A DNA stretch of 64,000 nucleotides from a bacterium (GTDB lineage: Bacteria > UBA10199 > 2-02-FULL-50-16 > JAJFLM01), in NCBI GenBank assembly GCA_965216315.1, contig CBDCFN010000016.1, positions 640,001 through 704,000 on the forward strand, written 5' to 3'. The translations under genes and the position numbers were made by a program. This document shows positions 29,657 to 39,100 of the stretch, piece after piece (within the stretch, counting starts at the first letter, position 1; the number at the start of each line of letters is the position of its first letter). The notes under the pieces are model-generated. The model saw only the letters and a list, made by a program, of their open reading frames with translations. It was not told where the DNA came from and searched no databases.

Positions 29657-32600
29657 ATGATGATTTCAAAACCGACCCCATTTTATTTTTTTTCAATCAT
29701 CTCAGTGACGATCCTTTTTGTTTCCGTGATCGCTCAAGCCCAACCTGAGACCGGACAAGAGGCGCCGCCGGTCGAAGAGGGTGCGCAGCGTGAAAGCGGG
29801 CAACGACCTAATGGAGCTTCGACAATCGGCGATTACGAACCCAAGGAATGCTTCAACTCAGATTTTAAACGATTGCCGTTTGCCGACATGACGGCAATCG
29901 AATCAGGGACGCGTGCCTATGCCTTTCATCCCCTTGGTACTGATATCGATGTTGTTACGAAGGCGGTCGAGATTTTCAAGCAGGCCCAAGATTGTGATGA
30001 AGCGAAGCGAGACTATGAGAATGCCAAAATTAAGCATGGCGAAAACTCACCGGAGGCTGAAAAAGCCAAGGACACAATGTGTACGGATGTCGACCGCAAG
30101 GAACATATAAAGCAGGCCCAGTTGGTGTTCGGTAGCTATTTTCCTAAGCTGCAAAGCTGGACTAAAACCGATGGCCAGCACAATACGAGTCCATGGCCCC
30201 AATCGGTCCCGGTCTCGGTCACGTCGGTGAGCACCAAAAGGGCGGATCTGACCTTTGTCCTGGAAGAGCGGGTATTAAAATATGGATATGATCACTTCAA
30301 TCGGCAGTTTGCCAGTGACTTGTCGAGGCTGGCCGGTGATGGCGAATTGTCCGATGCCCCGTTAGGCGCGGCACGTATCGCTCTTTATAATGGTGACGAA
30401 TTTATTCGCGACTATGACTTGGATAGCGTGATTTATCCTACCTCGGTGTATGCTTTTAGAGATAATGATAAGCAATTCCTTGTTGTTTTGGACAAAATTG
30501 GGGGTGATATCGTCGAACATTATGCCTATGATGTCAAAGACGATAAAAAGGAACTGTTTGAAGAGGGAAGTGTTCACTATTTTGAAATCGTCAGCGATCA
30601 GGATGGCAATGTCAGTCTGCTCCCACTGAAAACACTCAGCTCAGGGGGCATCCATCCGAACAATTTTTTGCGACACGAAGGGAAGTTCGTCGTCGTAAAC
30701 CAAGGTGGTTTTGATAAGATCAGAGGGAGCCATAACCCTGCCTTTGGAACCGTTATGGTTTGTAACAATGAATTTGAATCCTGCGACAGTAGTACGGTTC
30801 GTAGCGATGAGCATTTGCAAAAGGGATGGCTTCATGGGCATCCCTGGCATTCCGATATTCTCGGGGACAGAGTTTATTTTACAGACCTTAATCTGCCTAA
30901 CTTGTTTGCAGAGGTAACTTTTGGAGGTAGCCAGGACCATTGTAAGGAGAACTTGAAACAAATCAGTGATGAGATCGAGGGTGATCTGCAAGCTTTGAGT
31001 TTTCTGTGTGAAGGGCCGGTCGGCGTTGTTGTCGATGTGACCGGTAAAAAAGTAACGATCATGCATGGTGGCACGCAGGATGTTCACGATAATCTTGCGG
31101 TCATTACGGAATCCGCTTTATTGCCGGAAGGTGATGGGACGGAGATGCTCCGTCATGTCACGAGTGAGGGAGAGATCCATTTTGCACCGTCGATCAAGAA
31201 AATCGCTTACGTTATCAACGGCCAAGACGGTTATGATCTGCTGTTTCATTTCGACATGAAAGACGGAGAAGCGCCGAACACTTATGTGGTTTCGATGTTT
31301 AAGGGAGGTGCCCAGGGAATCGTTAACCTGTGGTTTGAAGGGGAGATGTTTGAAAAGGGCGGCTTCAAGGCGAGAGTGGAGAGCGCCAACAGCAGCTGGG
31401 TCGGTGAGTATCATCTAGCGAGCGGCGAGGTTGATTATCACCATATTAAGACTGATTTGCCGATTCGTCACCTCGGTGGTGACGGACATTTCTTTAAACA
31501 TGAGGATTCGAAACGCCAGGTGAGTATGAAACTCGGGGTCGGTCATAGCTGGTCGGCGCTCGAACGCATTTTCTTTAAAGGAGCAGGGACTGACGGCGGT
31601 GACCTTGAGGTTCTCGGCCTGGGCTCTTTGAACTCTCTGGATGCGATTGCGATTACCCGGGATGAGGCAGGTCACCCGAAGGCAATCGGCATGTGGACGC
31701 CCTCGACCGATAGTTATGCGTCACGTACCGAGCTGTTGTACGACCCCGAAAAGGTAAGAGATCTGATTAATTTCGCTGTTTTTAACCGGGCCTATACGCC
31801 GAGTGACGTGACAGCCGCAGCCGTCGCAGCCGCCAACAGTATTACAACTCTATTCGGTGGTCTCAATGATCTTAAGTTCTTTCATGGCGGCGAGGATTTT
31901 GATCTGATGGCCCGTTTTGGTTTTCCCATCGATCTCGTTTCGCAAGTGGTTCCCGCCCCGAAGTTGGAAGCGGGCAAGCAAGTTTCTTGGCTCCCTGATT
32001 TAAATATTGGTGGGGTTGTGGAGCCACCGGTGGTTCGCTTCGGGCGCTTGTATTTGGAGCTGCAATCCTTGTGGGGCTTGCCGCAGGCCTGGGCACAGGA
32101 AGAAAAGGCCAAGCAAAAAGATGATTTCGACGACGAGGAGGGCTGGCAGGTTGCACGTAACGGCATCCCGCAGGTGCGTTTCCCTTCGCAGATAACGTGT
32201 TCGAGTGTCGGCCCTTATGTTCCTTTTGATGAAGAGATCTTTGACGACCCGAGTTTACCGGGCGTTGCCGGTATCGATTCGCTTGGCATCACGCCGACTT
32301 TTTTGGCCCTGCGCTTTCCGATGAATTGTCGCATCGTTGATCTCGCTACCGGGACGGCGATTATCGCCAACGCATCACAACATAGCGAACTGTTTGACCG
32401 CTGTGTTGAAAGAACCCAGGATAAATTTGATCCGAAAGGCAAAAAGTTGGAACTGGCAAACCTGATTGCCGATCATCTCTGGCATCAAGATGCGGGTCAG
32501 ATGAAAGACAGCACGCGTGAAGAAATCATTGCAAAGCTTGCCAAGCTCCGCGGGCGTCCCAGTGTTATTGAAGAAGTTGTGTCGACGCTTCAAGGTGCCC

Positions 32601-32872
32601 AAGACACTGAGGACGGAGCTGATTTGCTCGAACCGGTCGATGACGATTGGCACACGATGTGGGAGTTGGCCGCGTGTGGCAAGCTCGGGTGTTACAACGA
32701 CCACCTTAGAGGAATGGCCCATATCAGCACGAAGTTGGCGGCTCAAGGTGCCACGGCGGGAGAGGATCAAGAGCCCTATCTTTCGGTCAGTCGAGGGCAA
32801 GTCGCTTTCACGGTTCCTGCAGCGACGGGTGGCGGGGGCTGTTCTCTGCGCAGGCATCGAATTATTCAATGA
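29657..32872 (+). CDS. large exported protein with TM-less GGGGCSLRRH C-terminus (paralogue of 24329 gene)
   Basis: Signal peptide ...AQA|QP; shared motifs CFNSDFK/CLESDFK, KGWLHG/KGWVHG, DLMARFG/DMFARFG, VRFPSQITC/VQYPSEVSC, IADHLW/VADFLW. Confidence 0.85.
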   Translation: MMISKPTPFYFFSIISVTILFVSVIAQAQPETGQEAPPVEEGAQRESGQRPNGASTIGDYEPKECFNSDFKRLPFADMTAIESGTRAYAFHPLGTDIDVVTKAVEIFKQAQDCDEAKRDYENAKIKHGENSPEAEKAKDTMCTDVDRKEHIKQAQLVFGSYFPKLQSWTKTDGQHNTSPWPQSVPVSVTSVSTKRADLTFVLEERVLKYGYDHFNRQFASDLSRLAGDGELSDAPLGAARIALYNGDEFIRDYDLDSVIYPTSVYAFRDNDKQFLVVLDKIGGDIVEHYAYDVKDDKKELFEEGSVHYFEIVSDQDGNVSLLPLKTLSSGGIHPNNFLRHEGKFVVVNQGGFDKIRGSHNPAFGTVMVCNNEFESCDSSTVRSDEHLQKGWLHGHPWHSDILGDRVYFTDLNLPNLFAEVTFGGSQDHCKENLKQISDEIEGDLQALSFLCEGPVGVVVDVTGKKVTIMHGGTQDVHDNLAVITESALLPEGDGTEMLRHVTSEGEIHFAPSIKKIAYVINGQDGYDLLFHFDMKDGEAPNTYVVSMFKGGAQGIVNLWFEGEMFEKGGFKARVESANSSWVGEYHLASGEVDYHHIKTDLPIRHLGGDGHFFKHEDSKRQVSMKLGVGHSWSALERIFFKGAGTDGGDLEVLGLGSLNSLDAIAITRDEAGHPKAIGMWTPSTDSYASRTELLYDPEKVRDLINFAVFNRAYTPSDVTAAAVAAANSITTLFGGLNDLKFFHGGEDFDLMARFGFPIDLVSQVVPAPKLEAGKQVSWLPDLNIGGVVEPPVVRFGRLYLELQSLWGLPQAWAQEEKAKQKDDFDDEEGWQVARNGIPQVRFPSQITCSSVGPYVPFDEEIFDDPSLPGVAGIDSLGITPTFLALRFPMNCRIVDLATGTAIIANASQHSELFDRCVERTQDKFDPKGKKLELANLIADHLWHQDAGQMKDSTREEIIAKLAKLRGRPSVIEEVVSTLQGAQDTEDGADLLEPVDDDWHTMWELAACGKLGCYNDHLRGMAHISTKLAAQGATAGEDQEPYLSVSRGQVAFTVPAATGGGGCSLRRHRIIQ

Positions 32873-32989
32873 AATCATGATTGATTGAGCGATCTCGTTG
32901 GCGGATAAAAAAATCTCAAAAACGCTTTTTTACGCTAGAAAACGCCCACTGTCGGCGTTACCATACCCTTAGAAAACAAGTAACGGGAA

Positions 32990-33087
32990 GCTGTTACTGA
33001 TAATGGCAAACCCGCCGTAAGGCGGGGACGCAAAGCTTCTGGTCCTTCCGTAGAGCAATGAAGGACAGCAGGGCCGCCAAAGAACAG
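32990..33087 (+). ncRNA. cyclic di-GMP-I (GEMM) riboswitch aptamer
   Basis: GGCAAA-CCCGCC-GTAA-GGCGGG-GACGCAAAGC...GGTCCT...AGGACAGC...GCC; GNRA-capped P2; P1 CTGTT/AACAG; lies in the 5' UTR of the 6227-aa gene. Confidence 0.9.
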
Positions 33088-33109
33088 AGTGTCTCTCCCC
33101 ACTCAATGG

Positions 33110-33147
33110 CCTGCTGTTTCTTTATTGAGGATCAGTAGGTTTTTTTT
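33110..33147 (+). terminator. riboswitch expression-platform intrinsic terminator
   Basis: CCTGCTG...CAGTAGG stem followed by T8, 17 nt before the ATG at 33165. Confidence 0.75.
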
Positions 33148-33164
33148 GTTCGTGGGGGAGAAGC

Positions 33165-36100
33165 ATGGTGTCCGAGGAATCTGCTGAAGACGGTTGTTCG
33201 AGCCCTTCAGGAAAAAGCAAAAGCAAACACATCATCTGGCGTCGATTCCGGCGCAAAGTAGCCAAAAAAAGACAGCTTGCGAAGCGAATTGCTCTTCAAA
33301 GCATTAATATCGGGACGCGTTTTATTACGGTATTAATGATGACGGTCTTGCCCGTCTCGGCGCCGCGAACACTTCCGCAACGCATCGTTGAATCGAATAT
33401 TTATCAAGCGATTGATGAAGGGGAGCCGGTTACCTGGTCCGAGGTGCGCGAGGATTTTGAGAGCGCAACCGAGTTAGCGACCGAATCGTTAGGCTATCCC
33501 AAAGCCCATGCCGCAACTTTATATGGCCCGACCCCTTATTTTGAAACCTGTGATGGCCCCTTTGATCTGGCCGGTTTGAATACCGATGCCTATCTCGAGG
33601 ACTTTGAAGACGGCCTGCTCAATACACCAGGCTTGGCGGCTAACGTCGGAAATATCGTTTCGCCGGGATCCAGTGCGGATTCTGTTGATAATGATGATGG
33701 CACCATCGACGGGAGCGGAAACGGCGGATACTCTTGGTTTTACGGGACAGGTACTGCAGGGATTGAGTTTACCTTTGATCCGATTGCCATCGGATGGACG
33801 CCGACTTATGCCGGGGTTGTATGGACTGATGGGGTAGATAGTATCAATGTCGAGTTCTTTTCCGATACGGGTTGCACGACTTCAATTGGCCTGATCGGTC
33901 CGGAAAATCATGCCGATGGTTCGTTTAATGGAGCGACGGCTGAGGACCGCTTCTACGGGATCGAAGACTCGGGGGGGATCGGCTGCATCCATGTCTGGGG
34001 CGGCAGCGGTGGTATTGAGGTCGATCATGTCCTCTATGGCCAAAGCAGTGGCGGAGCCGCGACTTGTAGCGTTTGTGGAGATTCCACTTGTGACGCTGAT
34101 GAAGACGAATTCAACTGCGGTGATGACTGCGGGACCTGCGGCGATCTCTTTTGTGACCCGGATCTTCTAGAGGATGACATCAGTTGTTCGGTTGACTGTG
34201 CGGATTCCGGCGGCAACTGCGTCTCTACTTTAACGAATCCAGATGACGCGAACTTCGTCAGTTGGTGGGATGGCGATCTAACCGGATCCTCTATTGCGGT
34301 CGATCTGATCGGAGGCAATGACGGAACCTTGGTCAACGCCGCCACGACGGAGCCAGGCATTGTGGGCGATGCGTTTAGAACTTCGGACGAGTCGGCCATA
34401 CGTATCGGCGATGATCCCAGCCTCACGGTTGGGTCGGCTATGACCGTTCAAGCGTGGGTCAAGTTGGACCCTGGCGGATCCGGTGTCATCTTCAGTGACC
34501 ATTATGGGTGTGAACGGTACGAGTCCATTCATCTGAGCAGTTCTCAGTTCATCTTAAATTCGGCTAACAGCAGTAGTGCAACTTACAGGAAAACCCTGTC
34601 TTTTAGTCAGCCGCTCTCTGAGGATATTTGGCATCATGTGGTTGCCGTTTGGGACGGCACAACACCAGCGGCGGAGGAGATGCGCGTCTACATTGACGGG
34701 GAACTGGATGGCACGCTTTCCTTGCCCGGTTTCACGCCTTGGGATCCCGCCAATAACTATGCAATTGGTGGTTACAATACCGATGGGACATCCACTTGCA
34801 CGGGACATGCTTTTTTAAGTGAATTTGAAGGCCTCATTGATGAGGTAGCAGTATTTAATCGGGTTTTGAGCGGTCCGGTTACGGACTGTGTAGCAGATGA
34901 TCCCCCCGATCCTAATAACAGGACCGAGATCTGTAAGCTTTATTTCGCGGCGAGTACGGGGATATGCGCACCTGCTGATACTGATAACGATGGCGTTCCC
35001 GATACCGCTGATGCCTGTCCCAATACCCCTGCACTGGATCCAGTGAATGCAACCGGTTGTCCGGACGCCGCTTGTTTACCGATTACATTGGGCGGTGGCG
35101 GTGCTGACCTGACCCCAGCCTTTGTGGCTTGGTGGTCCGGTGACTCCGATGCAAGCGATTACGTTTCCGGTTACGATGGAACCTTCCAGGGGAATGCCTC
35201 ATCCGATCCGAGTGGCTTTGTCGATGGGGCCTTCGATTTCGATGCGACGAGTTTGGATTCGGTAGACATGCCATTGCTGCCGGTCACCGATCTCTTGAAA
35301 ACAAACTTTACCGTCAATTTCTGGGTCAATCCCGGCAGTACGGCGGATCGCCCGACCTGGGGTTTTACGGGGAGCGGCTCGAATAACAACCTAAACCCTT
35401 TTGCTAGCTATGATACCGGTGTCAGTTTCGGTGACGGGGCTGGGTCTCAGCTTATCTATCAAAGTAGCGAATATGACTTCGACGCCCCGGCCTCGACCTG
35501 GACTCATTACGCGATTGTCGACGATGGTACGAGTTATCGCATCTATCGTGATGGTGTGCTCCAATATAACGAAGCGATCACGACGGATCCTGGGGCGACG
35601 TCATCACGTAATTTCACGATCGGACAATCGGGCTTTATCAGCGGATTTGCGGATCACTTTACCGGTTTGATCGATGAGTTTCAGATCTTCAACCGGGCCT
35701 TAACGCCGAAAGAGTTGCGTGCCATCTACATGGCGGGGTCAGAAGGCGTGTGTAAAGCGGATGATGACTGGGATGGTATCCAGGACACGACAGACAACTG
35801 CCCCCTTGACTATAATCCTGGTCAAGAAGACGTCCTCGATTCAGACGGTGTCGGCGACGTCTGCGATAATTGTCCCAATGATCCCAACGGTCCGCTGCTG
35901 GGTCCCAATAATCAACTCGATACCGATGGGGATGGCCAGGGTGACGTCTGCGATTTAGATGACGATGGGGATGGTCTCTCGGATATCGACGAGGGGTCAG
36001 CGGGAACGGACCCGCTCAATCCCGATACGGATGGTGACGGCAGCATCGACGGCGACGAGGTCGCTAACGGCACGGATCCCCTCGATCCCGATACCGACAA

Positions 36101-39100
36101 CGACGGGAGCCCGGACGGGTCGGACAGCGATCCGTTTAACCCGAACGTCTGTAGCGATGACGACGAGGATGGCTGTGAAGACTGCTCGAGCGGTACTTAT
36201 GATCTGGCCAATGACGGGACCGATACCGACAGCGACACCATCTGCGATGTGAATGACAATTGCCCAACCGATGCCAATCCGGGGCAAGAAGATGAAGACA
36301 CGCCTTTTGATGCTACGAGCGGTCTGCCTAGCACGGCCTTTTCAGATGATCGCCATTATGTCAACTCACCAAGTTACGCGGCAGACAAGGCATTTGACGG
36401 CAACGTGACATCGTCCGGTTTTGCCAGCGGCACCCCACCGAATCTTAGCGCTCAGCCGGTCATAGTGGATGTCGATTTTGGCGTAAATAATGAACGGCGT
36501 GTGGAGGCCTATGATTTCCTTAAGAGTAACGCGCAGTCATCATTTGGCGGCACCTTCTATCGTCCGCGTACTTGGAATATCTATGGCTGCGATGACGCCG
36601 CCTGCGCAAGCTCGACTCTACTTCATTCCGTCGCGGATGATCCATTTGCATTGGACGTGTTTCACTCATATACGTTCTCTAATCCGAACTCATATCGCTA
36701 TTATCGGATTGAATTTTTCTATACGACGGACACGACGGGAGGCGGCTCATCGAGTCAGTGGGTTGCCCTGACCGAGGCGCGACTGAGAGCGACCGGCGAC
36801 GGCGTTGGTGATGTCTGTGACAACTGCCCGAACGACGCAAACGGCCCATTGCTCGGCCCTAATGACCAGCTCGACACCGATAGCGACGGCGTTGGTGATG
36901 TCTGCGACAACTGCGTAAACGACGCAAACGGCCCGTTACTCGGACCTAATGATCAACTCGATACCGACGGCGATGGGGAGGGTGATGTCTGCGACCTGGA
37001 CGACGATAATGACGGCCTCTCGGATGTCGACGAGGGGACGGCCGGCACGGATCCGCTCAATCCCGATACCGACGGCGACGGCAGAACGGACGGTGAAGAA
37101 GTCGCAAGCGGTACGAATCCACTTGACCCCGATACCGACGGTGACACCTTAAACGATAATGATGATAACTGCCCGCTCATTGCCAACCTTGCCCAGACAG
37201 ATAGCGATCCCGGGGCTACGGATGTCACGACGGGCCTGCCAAATGGCCTTCTGGTCAGTGCGCCGCTCGGTCATTATAACGCTACCACTGTAGTCGAGAA
37301 CCTTTTTGACACCGACAATCTGGGCACGGGCTGGGCCAACGACGCCTCGCCGCCTATATCGACAGGAGTCGCCCAGATCGATCTCGATTTTGGCTCCGGT
37401 AACGCACAAGTTATTGCAGGCTATGAGTTAGAAAAAAGCAACGTCATGAACGGCGGTTGGGGTTCAACGATTTATCGACCGAAGTCGTGGAGCCTCATTG
37501 CATCGAATAGTTCGGATTTTTCCAGTCCCGTTGTGCTTCATACGGTCACTGATCATCCCTTTCCTCAAACGACGAGCACAACACCGGCCGTCAACGCGTT
37601 TCATTTTACGAATAACGTGGCCTATCGTTATTATCGCCTTGAGATTACGGATGCCTACAATGCCAGTTGGGTTGCTCTAACCGGCGCGCGATTGCTAGGA
37701 CAAGGCGATTGTCCCATCCCACTTGCGGGAGCCTTCTGTGGTGATATCTGTGATCCCGATGATGACAACGACGGTGTTTCCGATGTCGATGAGGGCGTAT
37801 TAGGTAGCGACCCGTTCGACAATCTCAGTTGCGGCGACAGTGATGGGGATGCCTGCGATGACTGTTCTATTGGTGTTGATGGCGGCGGGCCGTTGCCCGA
37901 TAATGATCCGGCGAATGACGGACCCGATGCCGATAGCGACGGCTTCTGTGACAGCTTTGATCAGTGTGACGACGATCCCTACAAGGCGGCGCCCGGAACC
38001 TGCGGCTGTGGTTTTCCGGATGAGGATCAAGATAGTGACACTACCTTAGATTGTCTCGATAATTGTCCTCACAATCCCATTTCGACGGGAGACACGGATG
38101 GCGACTGCTCGACGGCACTGCCCGGCATCAATTGTGGGGACGCCTGCGACAACTGCCCGAGTCTTTCCAACCCCGACCAGCTTGATAGCGAGATGTTCTT
38201 AAGCGTCAATAACCTTGCGACGGGGGGGACGGTTACCGCGAGCAGTAATTACAGTGGGGCACTGCCTGCAGAGGCCTTTGACGGGATCGCGGGAGCAAAC
38301 GGTTGGGCCAATGCCGGGAATGATCTGCCGGCATGGATTCAATATAACTATACGCCCGGCAGCGGAAAAATCATTACCGCTTATAAAATTTACTCACCAA
38401 CCAATATGCCGAGTTTCGGCAGTGCTATCTACCATCCCAACTCCTGGATCGTTTATGGCTGCTTTGCTCCGTGTACCGACTTAGTCAAGCTCCATGAAGT
38501 GACGGACGTGACCGTTACGCAGGATCAATTCGACCTCTTTACGATACCGTTTAATATCACGCCGTATGACTCCTATCGTTTTGAGTTCAGCGCCGGGAGT
38601 TTTGGTTCATCTCAATGGAAGATAGCGGGAGAAATAGAGCTGCTCGGTCCCGAGGGAGGAGATGGTATCGGCGATGTCTGTGATGTGGATGATGATAACG
38701 ACACTGTCAATGACGTCGACGATAGTGATCCGCTTGACAACTTGGTATGCCGTGACCTCGATGCGGATACCTGCGACGATTGCTCGAGTGGTGTCGATGC
38801 GCCGGACAATGATGGCATCGACACCGACAACGATGGCCTTTGTGATTTAGGGGATGCGTGTCCGCTTGATCTCGACAATGACGTTGATGGCGATGGTGTT
38901 TGCGGGGAAGCCGACAATTGTCCGGAGGATGCCAATCCAGGACAAGAGGATACGGATGGCTGCACCCTGGGGACGGACCTGGCAGTCGGAGGCACGGCGC
39001 ATGCGATCTGTACCGATGCCACTACCGGAGTTGTCTATGACAACTGCACCTATTCCGGCACAACTTATGCGGCGGATAAGGCGTTTGACAAGAATACCTC

